Positions 37,943 to 47,080 of a stretch of DNA of 64,000 nucleotides are shown here, one piece after another. The translations under genes and the position numbers were made by a program. Each line of letters begins with the position of its first letter. The first letter of the stretch is position 1. The stretch covers positions 1,419 to 65,418 of the forward strand of contig JAOPYV010000167.1 in assembly GCA_025964435.1 (NCBI GenBank), given 5' to 3'. Below the pieces are notes generated by a model. The model did no database searches, was not told the DNA's origin, and saw only the letters and a list, made by a program, of their open reading frames with translations. Origin of the DNA: Thermoleophilia bacterium (lineage in GTDB: Bacteria; Actinomycetota; Thermoleophilia; Gaiellales; SKUG01).

Positions 37943-38713
37943 TCAGGGCCCTGCACCTGACACGCTGAGCAGGTCACCGACACCGGGAACCGACACGGTG
38001 ACGCTGTGCTCGCCGACGATGACCTGGGCCGTGAGCTCGCCACTGGTGAGTGGATCCAGCAGGGGCACGGTCACGAGCGGACGCGACGTCGCGCTGAACA
38101 CGCTGATCGACGTGCCGTCCCCGAGCGTCGCGCTGGCGCTCCCCGGTGCAACGGCGACGCTGCCGAGCGGCGACGCCACGGTCGCCGCAGGCGGGCGGAC
38201 GGTGACCACGCTGCCGGTCGGCGGGGTGACCGCGGGCGGCTTGGGCGTGACGACGGTTCCAGTGCCACCGGTCGGCGGCTGGACCACGGGATTCGTCGGG
38301 GTCGGAGCCGTCGGCGTCGGCTGGGGAGTTCCGCGACCTGAGCTTCCGGTCGTTCCGGTGTTCCGAGTGCCGCTCGTCGACGGGATGGGCGACGTGGGAC
38401 GGGCGGGGGTTGCCGCCGGCGCGACGGGGTCGGCCGACACGATGGTCTTGGCGATGCGGCCGAACACGGTGTCATCGGCGGACGCGTCCTCGGGCGAGCC
38501 GAGCTCCAGGCCACGGACGATCGACTGGCCGGGCGCACCCGGGCTCGAGGTCGGCGGTCGCCACGCGAGCAGGATGATCGCAGCAGCAGCACAGGCCATG
38601 GCAACGCCGAGCAGGGCGAGCCATGAACGACCCGCCACTACCGATCCAAGTCGCATGCGCACCGCGCCGACCACTGCCCGCTCCCCCCAACTCCTCCTCA
38701 TACGTACGCGCAC
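37943..38713 (-). CDS. Membrane-anchored Pro/Thr-rich hypothetical protein
   Basis: One TM (WLALLGVAMACAAAAIILLAW) followed by a PT-rich extended region. It ends 16 nt upstream of the kinase start. Confidence 0.55.
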   Translation of the reverse strand: MRVRMRRSWGERAVVGAVRMRLGSVVAGRSWLALLGVAMACAAAAIILLAWRPPTSSPGAPGQSIVRGLELGSPEDASADDTVFGRIAKTIVSADPVAPAATPARPTSPIPSTSGTRNTGTTGSSGRGTPQPTPTAPTPTNPVVQPPTGGTGTVVTPKPPAVTPPTGSVVTVRPPAATVASPLGSVAVAPGSASATLGDGTSISVFSATSRPLVTVPLLDPLTSGELTAQVIVGEHSVTVSVPGVGDLLSVSGAGP

Positions 38714-38844
38714 GCACGAGGCGTGCTGCTGGTCATTCTGCCGCGAGTCGGCAGCGCATGTGCGCCGACGGTCGGATTAGCCGGTAGTTGTCGGCAGTTT
38801 CCCAGCGGCTCGCAGGGCCCGCCTCCATATGGCAGAGTAGGCGC

Positions 38845-40335
38845 ATGACACACACTGAATCGGCTCCGCAGTCCCACGCAACTTCCGGCACCGCCGTGCC
38901 GATCACGGTCATCCGAGGCGATGGGATCGGCCCGGAGGTCATCGGCGCCGCCCTTCGCCTGATGGAGGAGGCCGGCGCGAGCATCGATGTCGAGGAATGC
39001 GTCGCAGGAGCGAAGGTCTTCGAGGCCGGCGACCAGACCGGCGTGCCGCAGGAGACGATCGCGTCGATCCAGCGCACCGGCGTCGCGCTCAAGGGCCCGC
39101 TCGCCACACCGATCGGCTACGGCGAGAAGAGCGCCAACGTCACGCTCCGCAAGCTGTTCGAGACGTACGGCAACATCCGTCCCGCCCGCGAGATCCCGGG
39201 CGTCGCCACCCCATACAGCGGTCGCAACATCGACCTGGTGATCGTGCGCGAGAACCTCGAGGACCTGTACGCGGGCATCGAGCACATGCAGACGCCGGGC
39301 GTCGCGCTCTCACTCAAGGTGATCACCCGCCACGGCTCCGAGAAGATCGCGCGCCTCGCCTTCGAGTTCGCCCGCTCGGAGGGTCGCCGTTCCGTGACGT
39401 GCGCCACCAAGGCGAACATCATGAAGCTGGGCGAGGGCATGTTCCAGCGCACCTTCGACGAGGTCGCCCGCGAGTACCCCGACATCGAGTCGCGCCAGAT
39501 CCTGGTCGACAACTGCGCGCACCAGCTCGTGATGCGTCCGGAGCAGTTCGACGTCATCGTGACGACGAACATGAATGGCGACATCCTCTCCGACCTCACC
39601 TCCGGGCTCGTCGGTGGCCTCGGCTTCGCGCCCAGCGCCAACGTCGGCTCCGACACTGCGATGTTCGAGGCGGTCCACGGCTCCGCGCCTGACATCGCCG
39701 GGCGCGACCTGGCGAACCCGAGCGCGATCATGCTCAGCTCCGTGATGATGCTCCGCCACATCGGCCAGCCGGCCGTGGCGAGCGCGATCGAGGATGCCGT
39801 GCTCGTCACGCTCGAGGATGGCAAGTTCCTCACCGGCGACATCGCCAAGGAGCACCCGCCGGTCGGCACCATCGCGTTCACGGATGCAGTGATCAGCAAC
39901 CTGGGCCGCGTCCCGAAGATCGGCGAGCGCCGTGAGACCCGCGCGCTCGTCATGCCCCCCTCCAGCTGGCGCCCCAAGGTGATCGAGGTCACCAAGCGCG
40001 AGGTCGTGGGCATGGACGTGCTCATCGAGGAATCGCACATGACCGCCGCGCAGGTCGGCACTGCCGTCGAGGACTGCACCCAGGGCGGACCGCTCCGGCT
40101 GCAGATCATCTCGAGCCGTGGCAACAAGGTGTGGCCGGGCGATACCGATGACACCGAGATGATCGACACGTGGCGTTGTCGGTTCATCCGGCGCGATGAG
40201 TCGGTCGAGATCACCGACGACCAGATCTATCACCTGCTGAGCTGTATCGGCGCGAAGTTCCGGTGGGCCAACGTGCAGAAGCTGCAGGTGTTCGACGGCG
40301 TTGCTGGGTTCACGAAGTCGCAAGGCGAAGAGTAG
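38845..40335 (+). CDS. icd: NAD-dependent isocitrate dehydrogenase (long form with C-terminal extension)
   Basis: Isocitrate/isopropylmalate dehydrogenase motifs (VIRGDGIGPEV, NLEDLYAGIEH, NMNGDILSDL, HGSAPDIAG) plus a ~140-aa C-terminal domain. Confidence 0.9.
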   Translation: MTHTESAPQSHATSGTAVPITVIRGDGIGPEVIGAALRLMEEAGASIDVEECVAGAKVFEAGDQTGVPQETIASIQRTGVALKGPLATPIGYGEKSANVTLRKLFETYGNIRPAREIPGVATPYSGRNIDLVIVRENLEDLYAGIEHMQTPGVALSLKVITRHGSEKIARLAFEFARSEGRRSVTCATKANIMKLGEGMFQRTFDEVAREYPDIESRQILVDNCAHQLVMRPEQFDVIVTTNMNGDILSDLTSGLVGGLGFAPSANVGSDTAMFEAVHGSAPDIAGRDLANPSAIMLSSVMMLRHIGQPAVASAIEDAVLVTLEDGKFLTGDIAKEHPPVGTIAFTDAVISNLGRVPKIGERRETRALVMPPSSWRPKVIEVTKREVVGMDVLIEESHMTAAQVGTAVEDCTQGGPLRLQIISSRGNKVWPGDTDDTEMIDTWRCRFIRRDESVEITDDQIYHLLSCIGAKFRWANVQKLQVFDGVAGFTKSQGEE

Positions 40336-40357
40336 CGAATAGCGACGATCCGCCGGT

Positions 40358-40466
40358 GGCCGTGAGCTGGGGTTCTGCGGGCCGCTCGGCCTTCGCATCC
40401 AGCTCAGGCTCGCCTCGCTTGGGTTCCGCTCCGGGCGGAACAGCCCGCGTCACCCCAGCTCACGCC
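40358..40466. repeat. Long imperfect inverted repeat (about 21 bp of pairing) enclosing an inner 7-bp hairpin
   Basis: Arms are GGCCGTGAGCTGGGGTTCTGCGGGC (40358-40382) and GCCCGCGTCACCCCAGCTCACGCC (40443-40466). Inner hairpin is GTTCCGC-tccgg-GCGGAAC (40423-40441). Confidence 0.6.
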
Positions 40467-40502
40467 CACCGACTCGCACACCGACTCGACCATCGACTCG
40501 AC
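40467..40502. repeat. 3 x 12-nt tandem repeat
   Basis: CACCGACTCGCA / CACCGACTCGAC / CATCGACTCGAC. Confidence 0.7.
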
Positions 40503-40515
40503 CCATCCCCATGCA

Positions 40516-40560
40516 GGTGTGGCGGCTGAGTCGCATATGGAGCTACTCAGCCGCCACACC
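40516..40560. terminator. Perfect 16-bp stem hairpin between convergent icd and pepF (putative bidirectional terminator)
   Basis: GGTGTGGCGGCTGAGT - 13-nt loop - ACTCAGCCGCCACACC, ending 10 nt before the pepF stop codon. Confidence 0.6.
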
Positions 40561-40569
40561 TCGGTTGTG

Positions 40570-42294
40570 TCAATCGAGCTGCAGGTGGGTGCGCAGGCGG
40601 GACATCGTTCGTTCGATGACGGCCTCGTCGAAGGGGTCGCCGAGGCCGGCTTCCTGGACCATGGCTCGGAAGGGGCGCGAGCCGCCGAGGCTGCAGAGCT
40701 TGAGGTAGCTGGTGATGGCCGCGTCGCGGTCCTCGAGCGAGTTGAGCCACAGCTCCCAGCTGACGAGGCGGGCGAGCGCATAGTCGAGGTAGTAGAAGGG
40801 GTACTGGAAGACGTGGAGCTGGAAGAGCCAGCGGCCGCCGCCGTACCACTCGTCGGCATCCCAGTCGGTGGCCGGCTGGTAGCGCCGCGAGATCTCGCGC
40901 CATGCCGCGGTGCGGCCGTCGGCGTCGAGGTCGTTGTCGTAGATGCGGTGCTGGAACTCGTCGATCGCGGCCATGTACGGCACCGTCACGAGCGTCGAGC
41001 GCAGGTGGTCGAGCGTGTACGTCTCGAGGTCCTCGCCGAAGAACGGCTGCAGGTGCGGGTGCACGAGCAGCTCGAGCGTCATCGAGTGGATCTCACAGGC
41101 TTCCATCGTCGGGTGCTGCAGGTCGACCGGCTCGATGTCGCGGCTGCGCCAGCCCTGCAGCGCATGGCCGAACTCGTGGACGAGCGTCGTGACGTCATCG
41201 TGCGAGCCGACGCTGTTGCAGAAGATGAAGGGGACGCGCTCGAACGGGAAGCCCGCGCAGAACGCGCCGGTGCCCTTGCCAGCCCGGGCCGGCAGGTCGA
41301 TCAGGTCCTCGTCGACGAGCATCCGCCATGGCTCGGCGAACTCCGGGCCCATCGCGTCGAACACCGTCGTCGCAGCTTCGAGCTGGCCGTCGATGTCGAC
41401 TGACAGTCGTGGTGCGGCGGTCGGCTGGATCTCGCGGTCGGCCGGATGCAGCAGCTCGGTGCCGAGCGCCGCGGCCTGGCGTCGCTCGAGCTCGGCGGCG
41501 ACCGGAACGAGGTGCTTCTCGATCGCGCCGCGGACGCGCGCGGCATCCTCGGGCGTCCAGTCGAAGCGGCACATCTCGAGGTAGCGCAGGCCCACGTACG
41601 AGGGCTGCTCGAGGTTGTCAGCCATCCGGCTGCGCAGCTCGCGCGCCGAATCGAAGATCTCCTGGAGCTCCTGCTCGTGCTCGCGGACGTAGGCGACCAT
41701 CGACTGCCACGCCGCGTGACGCTCGTCGCGATCGGTGTCGAGCGCCGACTTGCGCGCGAAGCTGAACGGGTGCGTCTCGCCGCGCCACTGGATCGTGCCC
41801 TTGCCGAAGATCCGCGTGTGCTGCATGAGCACGTCACTCAGCTCGGTGCGCAGCGCGGTGTTGACGGGTGCGTGGGCGCGACATGCCGCCTCGGTCAGCT
41901 TGAGGAACTGCGGACCGAACTCCGTCTCGAGCTCGGCCGACCGCGGTGAGCCGACGATGCGGCGCGCGACCTCCACCGATGCGTCACCGACGACCGGCGA
42001 GACCTCGCGGTTCCAGCGCTCCATCTCCGCCGTCGAATCCGCGTCGTCGGTCTGCTGCCGATAGCCGACGCCGATCCGCGTCCCGTGGCTGCCGATGAAG
42101 GACTCCAGCTCGCTCGTGCGATGTACGACATCGATCCATGCCGCAGCGTCGTCGCCGGCGGCGTCGCAGGCCGCGAGGATCTCGTCGTAGCGGGCCCGCG
42201 CCCAGTCGGGCTCGATCGTCGCCGGCAGGTCGGCGTCGAGCCAACGCGGCTTGATGGATCGATGGGAGAGGTCAGGCAGGTAGGTCGTGGTCAT
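40570..42294 (-). CDS. pepF: M3B-family oligoendopeptidase (PepF-like)
   Basis: Zinc motif HEFGHALQG. 574 aa starting at MTTTYLPD. The upstream 116 codons of the track ORF are spurious. ATGA overlap with the upstream gene. Confidence 0.9.
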   Translation of the reverse strand: MTTTYLPDLSHRSIKPRWLDADLPATIEPDWARARYDEILAACDAAGDDAAAWIDVVHRTSELESFIGSHGTRIGVGYRQQTDDADSTAEMERWNREVSPVVGDASVEVARRIVGSPRSAELETEFGPQFLKLTEAACRAHAPVNTALRTELSDVLMQHTRIFGKGTIQWRGETHPFSFARKSALDTDRDERHAAWQSMVAYVREHEQELQEIFDSARELRSRMADNLEQPSYVGLRYLEMCRFDWTPEDAARVRGAIEKHLVPVAAELERRQAAALGTELLHPADREIQPTAAPRLSVDIDGQLEAATTVFDAMGPEFAEPWRMLVDEDLIDLPARAGKGTGAFCAGFPFERVPFIFCNSVGSHDDVTTLVHEFGHALQGWRSRDIEPVDLQHPTMEACEIHSMTLELLVHPHLQPFFGEDLETYTLDHLRSTLVTVPYMAAIDEFQHRIYDNDLDADGRTAAWREISRRYQPATDWDADEWYGGGRWLFQLHVFQYPFYYLDYALARLVSWELWLNSLEDRDAAITSYLKLCSLGGSRPFRAMVQEAGLGDPFDEAVIERTMSRLRTHLQLD

Positions 42295-42932
42295 TCCTGC
42301 GGGGTTCCCGCAGCAGCGGGTCCCCGAACATCGCTCGCGCGAGGACCTGCCACAAGCACCGCCATCGCGACTCCGACGACGCTCCCGACGAGGCCCCACC
42401 CGAGGTCGGACAGCGTGTCGGCGAGCGTCAGCCCGAGCTCGTCCGCCCGGAAGCGCACCAGCAGCCAGTACTCGATGAGCTCCCAGAGGATGTGCCCGGT
42501 GCTGCCGACGCCGATGGCGAGCAGCCACACGATCCAGGAGGACACGGCCAGCGTCGCGAAGAGCAGCGTCACCGCTGCCACGAAGAGTGCGGGACTCCCC
42601 GCATGGACCCAGTCGTCGAAGTGCTCGAAGTCGTGGTACCAACCGGCGGCGTTGCCGAGCAGGTCGACGAGGAACGGCACCGTCACGAGCAGGCCGATGC
42701 CATGCGGGTACGGGCGCGGCCCATGGCGACCCCGCAGCAGCCAGGCAAGCACCGGCACGAGCAGCACCGCGATGGGGAAGCAGATGAGGCGCGCCGTCAT
42801 CGCCTTGCCCTGGAACTGCGGCTCGTCGGCGTGGACGAGGCTCCAGGCGAGCAGGGCGAAGACACCGATGCCCGCCAGGATGTCAGCGATCGCGACGAGC
42901 CGGTCGCGCTGCGCGACGCCTCGGTCAGGCAC
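42291..42932 (-). CDS. Multi-TM membrane protein (hypothetical)
   Basis: 5-6 hydrophobic helices. GTG start at 42932 overlaps the stop of the upstream CDO-like gene by 8 nt. Confidence 0.65.
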   Translation of the reverse strand: MPDRGVAQRDRLVAIADILAGIGVFALLAWSLVHADEPQFQGKAMTARLICFPIAVLLVPVLAWLLRGRHGPRPYPHGIGLLVTVPFLVDLLGNAAGWYHDFEHFDDWVHAGSPALFVAAVTLLFATLAVSSWIVWLLAIGVGSTGHILWELIEYWLLVRFRADELGLTLADTLSDLGWGLVGSVVGVAMAVLVAGPRASDVRGPAAAGTPQE

Positions 42933-43542
42933 GTTCGGGATCGATGGCCGCGATGCTGACGTCGAGCAGCTCCTGGCGACCATGCTCCACCGCGCGCCGG
43001 AGGATGCCGTCGCCGTCGACGTGATACTGGCCGACGCGCTCGAGCGGCGGCGAGTAGGCATGGATCGTGACTGCAGGCGCGCCGTCCAGGTGCGCGACCG
43101 AGTGGATGTAGCCCGGAGCGCCCTGACGCGAATCGCCCGCGCCGAGCGTCACGGTCGTCGCACCGCTCGGCAACAGCATCTGCTTCTCGATGACCTCGCC
43201 CGCCGCGCAGGCGAAGCCGACGCCGGAGACGTCGTGGTCGTGGAATCCGGTTCCCTGCCCGGGCATCCAGCTCAGCACCCAGACGTCGATGCGATCGTCT
43301 TCGTAGAGGAGCCGGTAGCGGCGCCGGTCGGCGTCGACGATGACCATCGGTTCCCAGATCGTGGGATCTGCGGCCAGCTGCTGGACGAGCGTCTCGAGCT
43401 CCTCGATGCCCAGCGTGCCGGTGTGCTCGATCAGCGCGGCGCAGCGCGCGGCGAGATCAGCCGGCGGCGCCGTGACTTCCCACCACTGCTGCGGCGTGAC
43501 CGTCGGATCAAGTCCGGGTGTGCTGGTCGGCTGGCTCGTCAT
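42925..43542 (-). CDS. Cysteine dioxygenase type I-like cupin
   Basis: Cupin metal motif GTGFHDHDVS...GYIHSVAHL. ~200 aa. Confidence 0.8.
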   Translation of the reverse strand: MTSQPTSTPGLDPTVTPQQWWEVTAPPADLAARCAALIEHTGTLGIEELETLVQQLAADPTIWEPMVIVDADRRRYRLLYEDDRIDVWVLSWMPGQGTGFHDHDVSGVGFACAAGEVIEKQMLLPSGATTVTLGAGDSRQGAPGYIHSVAHLDGAPAVTIHAYSPPLERVGQYHVDGDGILRRAVEHGRQELLDVSIAAIDPERA

Positions 43543-43565
43543 GTCCCCATCCTACCCGGGGGCGA

Positions 43566-44063
43566 TCAGCCGGCGGCGAGCTCCCGACGAGCAACGGGCG
43601 ACGCGAGGATGAGGGATGTCGTCGTTTTGCCGAACAGTGAAAGCGACGTGGTCAATCGTTCCAGGTCCTGCATGCTCGCGACCTGCACGCGCAGGAGGAA
43701 GCTGTCCTCCCCGGTCAGGCCGTGGCACTCGATCACCTCGGGCTGCTCGACCGCGAACGTCGTGAGCCGCTCCCCCCGTGCGAGGGATTCCGTCGCGATC
43801 CGGACGAAGGCGCCGATCGGGCGTCCGAGCAGCGCTGCGTCGACCGACGCATGCCACCCGGTCAACACGCCCGTGCGCTCGAGCCGGCGCACTCGCTCAC
43901 GCACGGCAGGTGAGGAGAGGGCAACACGTCGTCCCAGCTCGGCCCACGGCATGCGCGCATCGCGCTCGAGCTCACGCAGGATCTCGCGATCGGTGGGATC
44001 GAGGTTCACGGGGCGCGGCGGAGGGGTGCCGATGGCGGGGGAAGCATGCTGCATGGAACGCAC
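43566..44063 (-). CDS. Lrp/AsnC-family transcriptional regulator
   Basis: HTH LDPTDREILRELERDARMPWAELGRRVALSSPAVRERVRRLERTGV, plus a C-terminal AsnC ligand-binding domain. Confidence 0.9.
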   Translation of the reverse strand: MRSMQHASPAIGTPPPRPVNLDPTDREILRELERDARMPWAELGRRVALSSPAVRERVRRLERTGVLTGWHASVDAALLGRPIGAFVRIATESLARGERLTTFAVEQPEVIECHGLTGEDSFLLRVQVASMQDLERLTTSLSLFGKTTTSLILASPVARRELAAG

Positions 44064-44134
44064 GGTAGCGCATCAAGATGAAAACCATGTGAATCGGGGT
44101 ATTCCTGACCGAAATTATTCGGCATACAGGCCGA

Positions 44135-44207
44135 TCGAAGCACATTCGTGCGAAATGCCTTCGAATCGAAGGCGATCCGTTCGGGACGCCTTCGATCCTC
44201 CCTTCGA
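44135..44207. promoter_or_regulatory. Cluster of CCTTCGA/TCGAAGG half-sites in the Lrp/EamA divergent region
   Basis: Perfect 7-1-7 palindrome CCTTCGA-A-TCGAAGG (44158-44172). Additional CCTTCGA at 44189 and 44201 (12-nt spacing) and TCGAAG at 44135. This is the most A/T-rich part of the window. Confidence 0.45.
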
Positions 44208-44238
44208 GATCGAGCGCGCACCACCTACCGTGGTAGGT

Positions 44239-45378
44239 ATGAACTTCGAAGCCTCCGCACCACGTCGATCCCAGCTCGTCACGGCCCTCCTTGCCACGTG
44301 GCTGATCTGGGGCTCCACCTTCCTCGCGATCCACCTCGCCGTAGAATCCATTCCGCCCCTGCTCATGATGGGAAGCCGCTTCGTCGCGGCCGGCCTCCTG
44401 GCCACACTCGTGGGGCTCTACTTCGCGCACCGCACGCCGGACAAGTCACTGCCGACCCGGCGCGACTGGGGCCAGGCGACGATCGTCGGCATCGGTCTCG
44501 TCACGATCGGCATGGGTGTCACCGGCTGGGCTGCGACGCGCATGCCGACGGGCATCGCGGCGCTCCTCGTCGCCTCCGCACCGCTCTGGGTCGCCGGGAT
44601 CGGCGCCGTCGCCTACCGCACGCGGCTCTCCGCCCTCGCCGTGCTCGGCCTGCTCGTCGGCATGGCTGGCGTCGGCCTGCTCGTGCTGCCGACCGGTGAC
44701 GCGAGCAGCACCGGAGCGATCGATCCCATCGCCGCACTCGTCCTCGTGCTGGCGAACGCAGCGTGGGCCGCAGCATCCCTGTATTCCGCGCGCACGCCGT
44801 CGCGGCACGGCCTGTTGCTCGGCTGCGGCATGCAGCTGCTGACAGGCGGCGTCCTGCTCATGGGCGTCGGCGTCGCGGTGGGTGAGCTCGGCCGGCTCGA
44901 CCTGTCGGCGGTCGCGCCGAGCGCATCACTCTCCTGGGTCTACCTCGTGACGTTCGGGTCGATCATCGGCTTCCTCGCCTATGGCTGGCTGCTGGAGCGC
45001 ACCTCGACGAGCGTTGCATCGACCCACGCCTTCGTGAACCCCTTGGTCGCAGTCGCCCTCGGCGCCATCGTGCTCAACGAGCAGGTCGGCGAGCGCACAT
45101 TGCTCGCCGCAGCGGGCGTCGTCGTGGCGGTCATCCTGCTGCTCGCGGCCGAGCGGTCCGTGCCCGAGCCGGCGCTCAGCGCGATCCCGGATGCAGTGCC
45201 GCCGCGCGGCCTTCCGGCTCGCACCGTGTCGCTCGGTCGACCACGACCCGGCCGCGGTTGGACGCCCACGCCGACGCCGGAGTTCGCCTTCGCAGCACGT
45301 CGCGCGGCACGACCGGATCGCGCGACCGACGGCATGGACGCGCTCGAGATCGATGCGGCGCTCGACTGGGGCACCTGA
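44239..45378 (+). CDS. EamA/DMT-family transporter with a long C-terminal tail
   Basis: Ten TM helices forming two EamA repeats. This is the 3' 1.14 kb of track ORF 42085..45378. Confidence 0.9.
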   Translation: MNFEASAPRRSQLVTALLATWLIWGSTFLAIHLAVESIPPLLMMGSRFVAAGLLATLVGLYFAHRTPDKSLPTRRDWGQATIVGIGLVTIGMGVTGWAATRMPTGIAALLVASAPLWVAGIGAVAYRTRLSALAVLGLLVGMAGVGLLVLPTGDASSTGAIDPIAALVLVLANAAWAAASLYSARTPSRHGLLLGCGMQLLTGGVLLMGVGVAVGELGRLDLSAVAPSASLSWVYLVTFGSIIGFLAYGWLLERTSTSVASTHAFVNPLVAVALGAIVLNEQVGERTLLAAAGVVVAVILLLAAERSVPEPALSAIPDAVPPRGLPARTVSLGRPRPGRGWTPTPTPEFAFAARRAARPDRATDGMDALEIDAALDWGT

Positions 45379-45420
45379 GCTCGCGGTTAGGCGGCGAGCA
45401 CGGGCGAGGGGTGCCCCGTG

Positions 45421-45951
45421 CTAGGCGGGCTTCGCTGGCCGATCGAGGCGCTCGAAGGCGTCGAACTGGTTCGCCGCCACGGCGCCCAGCACGCCAGCCG
45501 CAGCAAGCTGCGTGGCGGGTGTCGGCACGAGCAGGAGCACGCCACCCACGGTGCCGAGCACCGCGCCGCGACCCTGCTTGGACGTGATGAGTGCGTCGGC
45601 GCCCTGGCTTTGCACGATGCTGGCGCCGGCAAAGGCACCGGCGCCGATCGTCACGATCGGCAGGGCCTTGGAGAGGAAGTTCGCGGTACCCAGAAGCAGC
45701 GAGCTGCGCTGCACCCCTGCGGCGACGGCCTTGATCGGCTTCTCGACCAGGGCGAGGTTGCTGGCGAGCTGCGCCGTGCCCTGCGCGCCGGCAGTCACGA
45801 CCTGCGCGCCACCGCCGACGACCTGCGGCACCATCGCCGGCACTGCCTGGGCGGCGTGCAGTGCGCTCGCGCCCAGCGCCTGCGCGGCCGAGCCGACTGA
45901 CACGGCGGCGGCCATGGCGCTCGTTGAAATCGCTGTCCAGGAAAGGTCCAT
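45421..45951 (-). CDS. Ala/Gly-rich hypothetical protein (176 aa)
   Basis: ATG at 45951 (MDLSWTAIS). The rest of track ORF 45421..46482 upstream is Arg-rich and judged noise. The function is not recognised. Confidence 0.45.
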   Translation of the reverse strand: MDLSWTAISTSAMAAAVSVGSAAQALGASALHAAQAVPAMVPQVVGGGAQVVTAGAQGTAQLASNLALVEKPIKAVAAGVQRSSLLLGTANFLSKALPIVTIGAGAFAGASIVQSQGADALITSKQGRGAVLGTVGGVLLLVPTPATQLAAAGVLGAVAANQFDAFERLDRPAKPA

Positions 45952-46044
45952 CTGCCTGTCTCTCGGCTTGGGGAGCAGGGAAGTTGCACCAATGCGGCCA
46001 GATCGTGGCCGCGCGGCCACTGCCCACCTGCGAGGATTCGCCGC

Positions 46045-46989
46045 ATGCCGGCGACCGGACATGTGGGGAGGTATGCACCCAGCCCGACGGGCGACCTGCA
46101 CCTGGGCAACCTGCGTACGGCGTTGGCTGCCTGGCTTGCGGCACGCTCCAGCCTCGGCTCGCTCCTGCTGCGCATGGATGACCTCGACCCCGACCGCGTG
46201 CGCCCCGAATCTGCAGCGGCGCAGATGAAGGACCTCCGCGCGCTCGGCATCGACTGGGACGGCGCACCCATCTGGCAGGGGACGCGCTTCGCGCGCTACG
46301 ACGCTGCGCTCCGGCGCCTGGCGGAGCTCGGCCGGACCTATCCCTGCTTCTGCTCTCGTGCGGAGGTGCGCGCGGCCGCCAGCGCACCGCACGGCCCCGG
46401 CGAGGAAGGGGCCTATCCGGGAACCTGCGCGCGACTGGCACCTGCGGAGGGGGACCGCCGGGTCGCCGCAGGCGAGCCGCACTGCATCCGCGTACGTGCG
46501 AACGGCGCGACACGAAGCTTCGTCGACCAGTCGCTCGGGTCGGTGTCAGCCATCGTCGATGACTTCGTGGTGCGGCGCCGCGACGGCGTGCCCGCCTACA
46601 ACCTCGCCACGGTCGTCGACGATGCCGAGATGGGCGTGACCGAGGTCGTGCGCGGCGCCGACCTCGCCAGCACCACGCCCCGACAGCTGTGGCTCGCCGA
46701 CACGCTCGACCTCCCCGCGCCCAGCTTCCTCCACGTCTCCCTCGTGCTCGGCGCCGACGGCAGCCGCCTTGCGAAACGACATGGCGCGGTCACGCTCGCC
46801 GATCTCGCCGCAGCCGGCCTGGGAGCGGTCGACGTGCGCGACCTGCTCGCTCGGTCGCTGGGCGTCGAAGCAGCCGACGGCGCACCGCCGGCGGCGCTCG
46901 TCGCGGCCTTCGACCGAGCTGCGATCCCGCACGCGGACCTACGCTACGAAGCCATCGGCGACACCGTACGACTTACGCCGATCTCCTGA
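46045..46989 (+). CDS. gluQ: Glutamyl-Q tRNA(Asp) synthetase
   Basis: Truncated GluRS-like catalytic domain: HIGH-like PSPTGDLHLGN and KMSKS-like SRLAKRHG. ~310 aa with no anticodon-binding domain. Confidence 0.88.
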   Translation: MPATGHVGRYAPSPTGDLHLGNLRTALAAWLAARSSLGSLLLRMDDLDPDRVRPESAAAQMKDLRALGIDWDGAPIWQGTRFARYDAALRRLAELGRTYPCFCSRAEVRAAASAPHGPGEEGAYPGTCARLAPAEGDRRVAAGEPHCIRVRANGATRSFVDQSLGSVSAIVDDFVVRRRDGVPAYNLATVVDDAEMGVTEVVRGADLASTTPRQLWLADTLDLPAPSFLHVSLVLGADGSRLAKRHGAVTLADLAAAGLGAVDVRDLLARSLGVEAADGAPPAALVAAFDRAAIPHADLRYEAIGDTVRLTPIS

Positions 46990-47080
46990 TCGTGGAACCT
47001 GCTCGATGGGCCGATATAGTGCCTGACAGCCGGCTGGCCAGCCTGGCTCGCACGCCCGCCTCTCCCACGAAAGTCCTTCC

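Noticed and set aside
40467-40502. The tandem 12-mers as a CRISPR array or minisatellite
   Set aside because: There are only three directly abutting copies with no spacers, far too short for CRISPR. It is recorded simply as a short tandem repeat.
42085-44238. The 5' 2.1 kb of track ORF 42085..45378 (and likewise the 5' 1.8 kb of 11958..14408)
   Set aside because: Only the 3' parts are real genes (EamA from ATG 44239; TetR from GTG 13788). The upstream portions run antisense through pepF/CDO/Lrp and CopCD respectively.
45952-46482. The upstream part of track ORF 45421..46482 and ORF 45176..46513
   Set aside because: Both are Arg/Pro/Gly-rich and overlap the gluQ gene on the opposite strand. 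Only the Ala/Gly-rich 176-aa 3' portion has a plausible start and composition.
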